Source: Octopus bimaculoides (lineage: Eukaryota). From it: a DNA stretch of 64,000 nucleotides. Under the pieces are notes generated by a model, which was not told the origin of the DNA, made no database searches, and was given only the letters and a program-made list of their open reading frames with translations. The stretch is taken from the NCBI RefSeq assembly GCF_001194135.2, contig NC_069003.1, positions 32,663,339-32,727,338 of the forward strand. Reading direction: 5' to 3'. Of this stretch, positions 37,991 to 49,842 are shown piece by piece. Numbering within the stretch: the stretch's first letter is position 1; each line of letters begins with the position of its first letter. The position numbers and the translations under genes are program-made.

Positions 37991-38047
37991 AGCATTGTAA
38001 TTAGGCTTGTTAGAAAATGAACGAAGCCTGTCATGTGTACGTATGTG

Positions 38048-38106
<59 letters not shown>

Positions 38107-38347
38107 ACAAACACATATGAATATACATGCCTATGAGGGTGTGTTTGTCTCCTTGCCTTCACAAGGCTTGATAGTTATAGATGAATAGATGAAGCAGTGT
38201 CCATGTCTTATCTTCAGCAAAAGCATCTGGTGATGGGGAAATATCTTGTGTGTGTATTATATACACAATATATAATATACAAACATATACACACATTCAT
38301 ATATACATAGGCATAGTTATGTAGTTGCACATGTATTATATATACAC

Positions 38348-39238
38348 ATGCGTAGTGGGGGTGGGTGCGCTGAAAGTGTAGCTGCTAGAATAAGAATAGC
38401 CTGGGCAAAGTTTAGAGAGCTCTTACCCCTGCTGGCGACAAAGGGACTCTCACTCAGAGTAAAAGGCAGACTGTATGACGCATGCGTACGAACAGCCATG
38501 CTACATGGCAGTGAAACATGGGCTGTAACTGCTGAGGACATACGTAAGCTCGCAAGGAATGAAGCCAGTATGCTCCGTTGGATGTGTAATGTCAATGTGA
38601 ATACCCGTCAGAGTGTAAGTATCTTGAGAGAAAAGCTGAACATTAGAAGCATCAGTTGTGGCGTGCAAGAGAGACAATTGCNNNNNNNNNNNNNNNNNNN
38701 NNNNNNNNNNNNNNNNNNNNNNNNNNNNNNNNNNNNNNNNNNNNNNNNNNNNNNNNNNNNNNNNNNNNNNNNNNNNNNNNNNNNNNNNNNNNNNNNNNNN
38801 NNNNNNNNNNNNNNNNNNNNNNNNNNNNNNNNNNNNNNNNNNNNNNNNNNNNNNNNNNNNNNNNNNNNNNNNNNNNNNNNNNNNNNNNNNNNNNNNNNNN
38901 NNNNNNNNNNNNNNNNNNNNNNNNNNNNNNNNNNNNNNNNNNNNNNNNNNNNNNNNNNNNNNNNNNNNNNNNNNNNNNNNNNNNNNNNNNNNNNNNNNNN
39001 NNNNNNNNNNNNNNNNNNNNNNNNNNNNNNNNNNNNNNNNNNNNNNNNNNNNNNNNNGACACGTAAAAGCACCCACTACACTCTCTGAGTGGTTGGCGTT
39101 AGGAAGGGCATCCAGCTGTAGAAACTCTGCCAAATCAGACTGGAGCCTGGTGTTGCCATCCGGTTTCACCAGTCCTCAGTCAAATCGTCCAACCCATGCT
39201 AGCATGGAAAGCGGACGTTAAACGATGATGATGATGAT
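38348..39238 (+). mobile_element. 5'-truncated, well preserved RTE-clade LINE (RT C-terminus plus 3' tail, gap in the middle)
   Basis: Open frame GGGCAESVAARIRIAWAKFRELLPLLATKGLSLRVKGRLYDACVRTAMLHGSETW...LREKLNIRSI; ends in (GAT)n. Confidence 0.93.
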
Positions 39239-39269
39239 GCATACAAATATGCACATGTATATATACACC

Positions 39270-39309
<40 letters not shown>

Positions 39310-39996
39310 TGGATTCACAAATATTATATAGACATACACATATACACAAATCTAAAAACAGATACACACATGCTTGAATACTCATGTATAATTATATATT
39401 TATAAACATGTATATACACAACCAGGCACATACATACACACTAGTTACATCCACAAGCATAACTTCAAAAAGTGTGCCTCCACCCTCGCCGACTGATTCA
39501 TAACTTTAAAACGCCCCACCCACCCCACTCCATCAACAAACAGAAGTGTGTCCCTTTTGACTTCGTTCCAAAATTTTTATTTTCCATATTTTGCTGAGAT
39601 ATTTATAATCTACACTTTCGAAAAACTCACCTAGACAATTTCATTAAAAATATGCATTTAACTATATGCATCAGTGAAAGGGGGGGTTCCTTCAAATAAA
39701 AATATTCTCCCTGCCCACATAATGGTTACACAGTCCAAAATGTGTATCGAAATTTCAGTTAATTACATTTAACAGAACGTTACATGGAAACAGTCAGGAG
39801 GTGGGGGTAGCACTTCGGTAGATATTACCCCCTCTTTCTGTGTAATTATATATACGCATACAGAAACATTTACATACATACATGGTCCAGCCCATGCCAG
39901 TATGAAACATGAAAATGTGTGTGTGTATATATATACACACACACAAACACGATACATGAATCTATGCATTTAACATCAATACACACATAAACACGA

Positions 39997-40049
<53 letters not shown>

Positions 40050-40477
40050 GAGAGAGAGTGTGTGTGTGTGTGTAGATTCTCTAGTCATTTACAGTAGAAC
40101 ATCACTGAACTCCCAGTTCCATGTTCAACTGCTTCTTCGAAATTCTTCATAGAGTGGAAATACATGCTTTGTTATTTTTAACTCTTTACGCGGATGGATA
40201 TATGAAATATTAATTCTAAAATTTCGATCAAAAAAAAAAGATAGCAAAATATTTACAACTTAATAAAGTATGTGGCAATATATTTCTACATACATAATAT
40301 TATCATAAGACGGTAGGTTACAAAGTGACCCCCACGGCCGAAAGTTTCGTGCATTGGCACTTAATGCACAACACTTGGCTCTTGAATCTACGCAACTTTC
40401 ACCGATTAATAAATAATATAGTCAATCGCTTGTGTATATGTATATATATATATAGGTACTACTAAAGAAGAGTGGTA

Positions 40478-40521
<44 letters not shown>

Positions 40522-41248
40522 GCACAAATATTCAAAATACTGATTTCTACCATAAGCACAATAAAATGAAAAGCAATAAAGAAAATGTTGAAGAGGATGT
40601 ACGTGTTCACGTTAATAAAAGTACAAATAATAATAAAAAAAGAAACCTGAGTGAATTAAGGTAGGCTTCTAATTCATAAAGTGTACACGTAGCAGTAATG
40701 GGGGGGACGAAGAACAAATTATAAGTTTGCTTACCAGTACAGATGGTTGAGTTAACAAAATATCTAACGAAAATGCATTTGGCTTCTTTTTTTTTCCTCT
40801 TAAATAATAACCAACCAGAAATCTAAAAGTTACACCACTCCGAAATATAACGAACCAATTTGCTAATTTTTCATCTTTTAAAACTAGAGCAAATTTTTTA
40901 AAGAATGAAAATCGCTACAGCTGATTTTATATATTTCGATCGGGAAACTTAACCAAAAAAAAAAAAAAAAAGTGTTATATAAGTAAACGAGGTGATGGAG
41001 ATAAGTATAACTTCGAGCTTATTTCGTAATAAAATAACAATAATACCACTACTACTATTAATAATAATAATCTGTATGAGATCACAGTCCTGCTGCTTTT
41101 TCACTGGAAACTATTATTACGTAAACAAGAAGGAAAAATATGGGCCGTCGACAAGTAGAAAGTTCACAAAACAACTAAACGANNNNNNNNNNNNNNNNNN
41201 NNNNNNNNNNNNNNNNNNNNNNNNNNNNNNNNNNNNNNNNNNNNNNNN

Positions 41249-41301
<53 letters not shown>

Positions 41302-41392
41302 ATGTATATATATGTGCGATTCTATCAAAAAGTAAAATAAATCCAGATTGTATTTTTTTCTTGTGAGAAACAGTTTATTTTATATATAATTG

Positions 41393-41425
<33 letters not shown>

Positions 41426-42223
41426 CTGTAGAGAGAATGGGAGGGTTTTTGCAAGGCTAGCTAGCAGGAGGAAATATTTCCTTATGTAGGGGGAACGACT
41501 AGTTATTTATTAGCAACGAAACACCAGCTTGTATATATCTGTTCAACTAAAAAGGTGTCCATAATTATTAGCAAATACCATATAGTTATGTTTGAAAACA
41601 GACAAATAACAACCCTAGCAATATATAATTCTTCCTTCCACTCTCTAGCTTGCTTTTTTTCTTCTTCTTTTCTTACACAACACAAACAGGACGAAACAGT
41701 AAGGAATAATATTAGTGAAATAATAGCAATAAATATGGCCAAGAAAAAACTGTGATCTGTGTTATGTATGAGAGAGAGAAAAGATAAGACGTCCCTATCA
41801 GAAAAGAGGTGGAAGAAAGAAATACAGATTACATTTAACACACATCACTGAAGAAAACTCTAAACATAAAGGGACGATATATATATATATATGGGTGTGT
41901 GTATATGAACGTTAACGTGATGTAATATTTCCTGTTTCTTCTGAACTATATTTCATAGAAAGAAAATGTCTACACAATATATATACACACACAAAATCCA
42001 TAAGATACAAATTTATCTAGACACACACCAAATGTGTATGTGTATCTATCTATATATATATATATATATACACACACATGTATACATATACATTGTGTTT
42101 CTTTCTTACTATATATAAAGGACGAAATATCGCATGCGAAATAAATTGAATAAATAAACTACCATACATTCACCCCTTTCACATAACGATCTAACTTACC
42201 TTTTATTTAATGGACCTAAACAA

Positions 42224-42271
<48 letters not shown>

Positions 42272-42514
42272 CTCATTCACTCTTCTGTAGATACCATTAA
42301 GTAAAATATATATAAATAAGTGGTTTGAACAACTCGATTTTTAAAAAAAAATCGACACTGAGAGCAAAAACGGAATGACACAGATTTATGATTAAACATG
42401 TGTTTTTTCATTACACACTTAGAGTCATATATACATCAAAATATATATATATAACATACAGTTGGATTAGGCTTTTGTAGGAGATATACAAGTGCACATA
42501 TACACACATGAATT

Positions 42515-42546
<32 letters not shown>

Positions 42547-42673
42547 AGTTATATATATATATATATATAATGGAGTTGGCTTTTCTAGATTAAGTGAGCA
42601 ATATATATATATATATATATATACATATAACATACACATCTATACATATAAATATATATCTATATACACACAC

Positions 42674-42721
<48 letters not shown>

Positions 42722-43007
42722 ATATATATAACATACAGTTGGAATTTTGCAAGAGATAAACGAGTATATATTTATATATAACAGATTTACACACATATAC
42801 ATAACAGATTTACACACATATAAATAGATTGTACATACACACACACACACACATATATATACATATATATATATTTATTACACACACACACGTATATTGT
42901 ATATACATATGTATGTAAATATGTATGTATATGTGGGGTATTATACGCGTATATATCTATGTGTGTGAGTGTATGGATATTAATGTTTGTTTGCAGTACT
43001 CGATGTC

Positions 43008-43020
43008 AAAATGGCGACCG
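43008..43020. promoter_or_regulatory. YY1-type motif CAAAATGGCG in ZFAND intron 1
   Basis: gtcaaaatggcgaccg, ~370 nt inside the first intron and within the CpG-retaining zone. Confidence 0.45.
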
Positions 43021-43390
43021 TGGTTAGTCCGGTCGTCGCCCTTCTTCCGAAAGTAAATTCGTTAATTATTCATTTTACAGTTTTGAAAACCATTATCTTT
43101 CGTTCCATTCGATTAATACAAACCTTTCTACCTCCGATGATAAAACCCTAAGACAACATATACGCCATATACGTAGAGAGAAATACGCAAATAAAAAAAG
43201 ACCTTGCTCAATTTGTGATGTTTGAAAGAAAAAAAAAAGAGAGAAATATACAAGGTAGAGAGAAACAGAAGAAGGAAAGCAAACAAACAAACACTGGACC
43301 AGAAACAAATGTTTCCCCTTCGTTATTAAGAAAATAACGAGACGAAATGTTTGGTTTCTGTGTTGTTTGTTTGTTTTCGTGGGTTGTTAC

Positions 43391-43466
43391 CTGTTCCAAA
43401 AAAAACTCCCCCTTGGACTCAGATAATTTCGTTTCAAGGATAAACTAGTTCACTTTGGATGATGAT
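43391..43466 (-). other. ZFAND5/6: Probable non-coding first exon of ZFAND5/6
   Basis: Donor GAACAG|gtaaca at 43391/43390. Inr-like CCATCATC lies ~30 nt downstream of the TATA box and the exon has no ATG. Implies a ~16.8-kb first intron to the acceptor at 26594. The linkage is inferred. Confidence 0.65.
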
Positions 43467-43487
43467 GGCACGGCTGGAAGTGTTTCA

Positions 43488-43528
43488 CTTATATAGGTCA
43501 TGTGACGTTCATTGACGGCTATTATTGG
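43488..43528 (-). promoter_or_regulatory. Core promoter: TATA box TATATAAG (43495-43488), GTCATGTGAC M-box/CLEAR-like (43497-43506), TGACGT CRE-like (43503-43508), CCAAT (43528-43524)
   Basis: Motifs read directly, in canonical order and spacing upstream of the putative first exon. Confidence 0.7.
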
Positions 43529-45087
43529 CAGAAACGAAAACGAGGCGATCGGGGTAAGTCCTGTATCTTTCTCTCTCTCTCTCTCGTTGTTCACTCTCTC
43601 TCTCTTTTTCTTTCTACCTTTCTCTCTCTCTTTCTCTGTCTATACGTGCAATAATGATAATAACCAGTGCTCTCTCTTTCTCTCTGCCTTTTTCTTTCTT
43701 CCTCTGTCTATACATACAAGAGAAGAACGAGAAAGAAAAGAGAGACAGAGAAAAAGCACTGGTTATTAATAATAAAGAAGGAATTATATTTAACTACTAC
43801 AGCATACAACAGTCCTAAATTTTGCTCTCTCCCTCTCGCGTACTGACTACGATTTTTAATCTCTGTCTTTCTCTAAAGACTGCGAATTGGCAGTCGTAAA
43901 AGTGTCATAATGCCTTGCAGTATTTGTTCAAACTCTCTGCTCTCTGATTTCGAATCCTACCGAAACCAACTTTGCCTTTCGTCGCTTAGAGGTCGATAAA
44001 TAAAGTATGAGTCACCTACTGGTGCTGACTTATATGTTTATCTATTTACCTCTTTCTCTGTGGAGGATCCAAGGAGCGGCCCCCACCAATCCTTTCACCA
44101 TTACTCTTGTGTACATGGCAAGGAAGAAATTTCTCATACACCACACGCCGTCATTCTGTCTCTGTCTCTCTCTCTCTCCCTCACTCTCTCAATCATTTTA
44201 CGTCATCCCTTCCCTCTCACCACACTTCTCGTTCACTTCCTATAAGCTTTCATATAATTCACACTACCTCTCTATTCTTCTCACCCTTTCCATTTCACTC
44301 CTCTCTCTCGTTCGTATTACATCATCTCTTCTCCTCTCTCACCACTCCTCTCGTTCACTTTATACACTCTCTCACATCTCAGACCATCTCTCTATTACAT
44401 TCTTCCTCTCTTACATCTCACGGTATTCCTCTTGTACATTTCACCCTTTCTATCATTCGTCTTACACAACGGATCCCCTCTTTTCTAGGAAGGGTCGTTT
44501 TTTGTTGTTATTTTACCTAACCAAAAATGTTTACTTTCCTACCTGTTAACCTAACCCAACCTTAATTGAAAGGGCGTTGACATGAATGTTTAAAATTTTA
44601 TTTAGCTTATCGCTGTTCTTCGATTTTTTTTTCTAAATTTATCTTTGTTGTTCTGAGAATATTATTGTTTCAACCCAACTCCACTAGAACTGAGTACAAA
44701 GAACACAAGAAGTCAGTAGATCAAAAGTTACAGAATTCGAATTGTTTTCCTCACCCAAAATCTCACAACACTGACGTGGTGTTAAACGAACTAAACCTCA
44801 CAAGTTCTTTTTACTATATAATTACAATCAATTTAGTAATATCTTTTTTAAATAAATATGAGTAATATATCGAATGTCTACACACATACGCGAAAACTAA
44901 ACTGGCCGAAACTTCGAAATCACTATCAACACTATTCTTGTTAAAGAATAAATATGTATTTAACAAAAAGTATTGAATAATCCTTCAGTTCAATGTAAAG
45001 TTGTTTCTATTAGAATTCAACATAAAAACAAACATTAATACAGACGTATGTATCTTTCTCTCTCTTACTCTCTGTGTGTGTATATAT

Positions 45088-45122
<35 letters not shown>

Positions 45123-45355
45123 NNNNNNNNNNTATATATATATACCCTCCCCACCCTGTTTTCGTTCCTGTGGCTTTGAATAAAAACAATGTATTTTACT
45201 TTTTATTGGACAAAGATCTGATCTTGTTTACAGATCGCAATGTGTTATATTTCTTCTGAAACTAGAATAATGTTTGGCAATATTACAAAAGCAAAGTTAT
45301 CATGGATCATATTAACAAGAAATAAATAAGTGGAAATGTTTTGCTGTTTTTTTTT

Positions 45356-45646
45356 ATGTTCTTTCTTTTAATCTTATATACAACCTTTGCTATTTATACT
45401 AGGAAACAAACAGTACACACAAATGACTTAGAATGTGTGGTGCTCTCTGAAGGACATGTAACAATTATAAACGAACATATGTCTCTCTCAATGACGATAT
45501 ACATCTACAGAAATGGTGTGGAATTTGTACAGTATTCTTCGGGGTTTTACCTAAAACCCTTAAAACCAAAAGTAAGGAACGTAACATTTGGTAAGAAATA
45601 TATTCTTGCTGAATTAATAATAAAAGAAATTGTATGTTCGAAGTAA
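45356..45646 (+). CDS. Unassigned ORF with hydrophobic N-terminus; possible coding exon of a divergent gene
   Basis: MFFLLILYTTFAIYTRKQTVHTNDLECVVLSEGHVTIINEHMSLSMTIYIYRNGVEFVQY...; non-repetitive, with strong donors at 45572 (gtaagg) and 45591 (gtaaga). No family recognised, and the length is attainable by chance. Confidence 0.25.
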   Translation: MFFLLILYTTFAIYTRKQTVHTNDLECVVLSEGHVTIINEHMSLSMTIYIYRNGVEFVQYSSGFYLKPLKPKVRNVTFGKKYILAELIIKEIVCSK

Positions 45647-46039
45647 TTTCATCTCTCTCTCTCTCTGATACATAATATTTAACTAAATGTCCTGTACACA
45701 TACACAGCTCATCTTTTTGTGTTCGTAAAACAAAAGAAATATAAAACTAAAACATTAAATTTTGTTTGTGTAAAAAGAAAATATATATTCGTTATCATTC
45801 GGATGTTTTCTCTTCGAAGAGAAATGTGTATTCCCTGCTTCTGGAAAACTTAAGAATACTAAGACTCTTATACTCCTATGTAATACGTTGGCATGAGAAA
45901 GTAAGTTTGTTTTTTTTTCTCTATCTTAACGAAAACTCTGCAATTTCCATTAGTTTACGTAATGCCGAGCACTGGTGCAAACAACGAGAGCTAAAAACAA
46001 AAGTGGGAGTAACACCTGGCCCAGGTGATAGGGAACCAG

Positions 46040-46280
46040 AAGTAACGTAATTGGCGAAAGTTCGGACATTCGTATCCCAAGAGGCAATGAGGCAGCCTCT
46101 GGAGTGTTATGCAGCCTGTTAGAAATAGCAGCCAAATCTCCTTCAAAATTCACCTTATCGACCTATAAAATAAGGACACGTTGGATAATTGTTCTACTGC
46201 CAAAAGAACATAGACGGGATGATCACGGATCATAAGTCTGCTCGATCAAGGCTGACTTGGGGCTAAACTACAGCAATGGA
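46040..46280 (+). mobile_element. Interspersed repeat family C, SINE-like (related fragments at ~18400-18620, 21530-21600, 33100-33300, 49130-49330, 52070-52240, 60400-60500)
   Basis: Shared core tagaaatagcagccaaatctcc.tcaaat and tail gatcataagtctgctcgatca.ggctgac.tggggctaaac. Confidence 0.7.
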
Positions 46281-46848
46281 AGTCCTGTAGCTATAGAAAA
46301 TGATTAGATATAGTTCATTCCATTTAGTTGAGAGGGCGCTCTATAAAACGATGAGTCTTTCGTTATCTCCTTCTATTGTGAATTTCAATACCTTCTTTAA
46401 GTTTTGTCCCTAATCAAAATTTTCGTTTCACCGCATCAAAAAAGAAAAAGAGGACAAGCTAACCAGGGATCTTTTATGCAATCTCTCGACCTACTCGAAA
46501 TAGCAGCCAAATCTCCTTCAAATCACACTGTACCACAGATAGTTCTCTTTTTGACTTTGCGATTGCACAGGGAAACATCATCATTTAACGTCCACTTTTC
46601 CAGACGGAATTTGTTGAGACGGATTTTCTACAGCCAGACACCCTTTCTGTCATCAGCCCTCAACTGTTTCCAAGTAAGGTAATATTTCCCTCATGACCAA
46701 AGAACATGTTCTTGCCGAATAATGCAAGTGAATGACATTGCCTCTATGACTGACAATCACGTACAACTATTACACAATGTCAGGACGAATAGATACAATC
46801 ACATGCTTACTCACACGTACACACACTCTCTCTCTCCCTTTCTCTCTT

Positions 46849-46901
<53 letters not shown>

Positions 46902-47119
46902 GTGTCCCAGCAACAAAATTTACTTAGGAGGTGCAAACCCAAGTTCAAATTTTTTTATGAAAAATGTGGATTTTTTTCAATGTTAACATTAAAACAAATG
47001 CAGATATAATAATAATTTTTATTATTATGAGGGTCGGCTGAAATGTTCATCAGCTGGGCAAGACACTCTCATGGAATATGACCAAAAGAAGTTAATTTTT
47101 TAAAATAGTTCCTCTTACT

Positions 47120-47740
47120 TCCATAAGTGGTTGCAATGCTTGGATCACACTGGCGAAGAAGCTATTCCGTTGGTCAAAATGGTCATCAACAGTGCATAAG
47201 ACATGTGAAAATGAGGTTCTAGATCAGAACAAATGGAGGCTGCAATGCCTGAGAGGAAAAGCTGATTCAGCACTCTGAACTTAGAAAGACCTGTCAAGAA
47301 GGAACAATTGAAACTGCAGCCAACAGTGAACATTGGATATGTATTATATGTGATGGTATTCTTTGTCAAAAGCAGGATACACGAATCATGAAGTCACATG
47401 AAAATCGAAATGCCCAGAGAGGGAATGATCTTGGACACCAATCACCTCTTACAATGTGTGTCATATGTCAAAAAACTTGTAAGACAATATCTGGACTTAA
47501 AAGGCATATGCTAGTTCACAAAAACATTCCTTCAGAATCAGATTCCAAAGAGTAAAGATATAGAAGAAATTTGAATAATCTGTCACTTGTGTTTTAAACC
47601 CTGTCACTCAAACCCTGTCACTCAAACCCTGTCACTTGTGTTTTAAACCCTGTCACTCAAACCCTGTCACTCAGCAGCTGGTCTTAAAAGTCATTTAAGG
47701 GCTCATCAACTAAAAATGAAGATAATATATACTAAAAATA
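47120..47740 (+). mobile_element. 3' end of an RTE-like LINE ORF with three C2H2 zinc fingers
   Basis: EVLDQNKWR, then WICIICDGIL.SKAGYTNH.KSH, CVICQKTCKTISGLKRHMLVH, CHLCFKPCHSAAGLKSHLRAH; frameshifted. Confidence 0.65.
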
Positions 47741-48269
47741 AGATAAATATATATGGGGGGGGGGAATGCACATATCAAGCAGAGGTCGGCAATGCATGCG
47801 CTGAGTTTTAGGTCCTATAAGGCTTGCACAACACCTCATAGACCCTCTCCACTTTATTGACATTATCCAGAGACAAGCCGGAGCAAGATGTCTGGTGCCA
47901 ATATGAGTCGCAGGCTCAGGGATGTGGGAGCGCCGTGATCTCTAGCACAAACCAAAGATTCCCAAAATATCCAATGCCATTCCCTGCATGTCTGGTTTTA
48001 TATCAGAGTAACCTTCTAGAGACATGCTTCAACAAAATCTGAGGGGTGCCTCACTCCCAGTGGTCTTTCAGTACGCTGGACACCATCCCGGAATTTCTGC
48101 GTACCCATGCTATTGCTAGATAGCCGTTGAGCCTGCACTAGGTCCATCTGACCTTTCAACAGGTCACTTATGAGGCTCTCATAAGTGCTACTGGTAACAT
48201 GTAATCCAGTACATGTGAGAGAGTGTGTGTGCATGTGAGAGAGACCCAATTACTTAACCAGATTGTCTT

Positions 48270-48900
48270 TCCATCATATTGGTAGCCTTCCAAGTGGCCT
48301 TTTGCAGTCTCTTGGACACCACACAGCAACTGCATGAGTCCACCTGTTGTCTGTGAACCTTCTGACATGTCCAGCCCATTGGCACTTGTGCTTTTGGTAC
48401 TCTATGATCACATCATTTACTCTAATCCATTCTTGGATTATCTCAGTTCTAATGTGTTGTCTTAGCAATATTCCTAGCATGGATAATTCCATGGTTCTTT
48501 GCGGTGTAGCCAATCAATGTTCTATCCTCTTCGTAGTAGCCCATGTCTCATTTGAATATAAGACCACAGGTAGGATGGTGCTATCAAAGAATCTGGTACA
48601 TATGACATTGTCTAGCTTTGATTTGAGCTCATCCTTTATGGAATTAAATGCCTTCCATCCTTCCCAGGAGCAGACACGTGGAGGGGGGAAGAGGGGCACA
48701 TGCCCTCTTCAAGAAAAGAAGTGCACCCTTCTAAGTAATGTTATTACACCCTTTTCTCCTGGAAATGTATTCGCTTCTGACCTTGTGCCCTCCCTTCAAA
48801 AAATTCTTGGGACTGGCCCTGCTGCCCTTATTCTCTTTGAGATTTCAGCTTCCCTATCTCAGCACATATTCACCACGTTCCCTAAGTAGGCATGGTCCTT
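48270..48900 (-). mobile_element. RTE-clade LINE RT C-terminal fragment (different subfamily) interrupted by a ~150-bp insertion at ~48665-48812
   Basis: YLGNVVNM..EISKRIRA | GWKAFNSIK..FDSTILPVVLYSNETW..QRTMELSMLGI..WAGHVRRFTDNRWT..KRPLGR. Confidence 0.85.
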
Positions 48901-49842
48901 GGTAATATAGAGTCCAAAATATAGTGTTAATTGTTACATGATGAACCAAGAGCAAGTTGAAAAGTGATAAGAATTGACCTATATTTTCACTCCATAAACT
49001 GACATAATTTGTCACATGTTAGGATATTCGTTTTTTTTTTTTTTTAAATATGTAGAGAAAGGAGATCGTTTGTATCGCTTATCTTACCAAATTCAAGCCA
49101 AAGTATTCCCTTCACTGAAAAGTAAGAAAGGGAATAAAGAATACGCAGTAAGTTTAGTAAACTCCTTCAGTGGTACAATCAAAATCGCAGTTTCATAAAG
49201 AGGGACACTCTAACCAGTTGCTTAAGATGCTAGAAATAGCAGCAAAACCACCCTTAAAATCATGTTTAGTTAACCATTTAGAAAAAAAAGCAAAGACATA
49301 GTCGTTAATGTAGACACAGATACATGATGTCTGTAAAGAAAATGTGATTAAGTGAGCAATTAATTAAGTTTTTTGGTTATATAACTAACCAATTGACTAA
49401 TAATAGAGAAGTGAAATTGAACCAGTGCATGTGTCTATATAAATGGTGGAAATAGCAATAAGCAAAGGATTTGTCGTTCAGTTTTTTCTGACAGCCAAAA
49501 AGAGAGGTGGTTCAGTTCTGTTTTGTTGAGGCAAAAACCATGGAGAGAGATAACCCCTAGCAGAGTGAGAGAGGGGTAGAGAGAGAAAGAGGGGTAGAGA
49601 GAGAAAGAGGGGTGGTGGGGATGGAGGGAGACACTCAAATAGACGGAGTGAAGTAAAACAGCTTGCTCATAGTTACTGCCAAGCGAAGGTCAGAAAATAT
49701 AGAGAGAGAAAATCATGAATTTTGTTTAACTCTTTTGATAGCAACCCACCTGAGACGCCCTTGGTTGTACGATACAAATCTTGTTTAGTGATCTAAATTA
49801 AAACTTCCCCTTAAAATATCGAGTTAATTTTTTTTTATATCA

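Noticed and set aside
40125-40150. Heat-shock element (TTCTTCGAAATTC)
   Set aside because: GAA/TTC spacing does not fit the nGAAnnTTCn geometry.
44007-44549. 180-aa and 137-aa ORFs in the pyrimidine-rich tract (similarly 24956-25261)
   Set aside because: Low-complexity CT-rich DNA lacks stops; the Ser/Leu/His-rich product has no domain signature.
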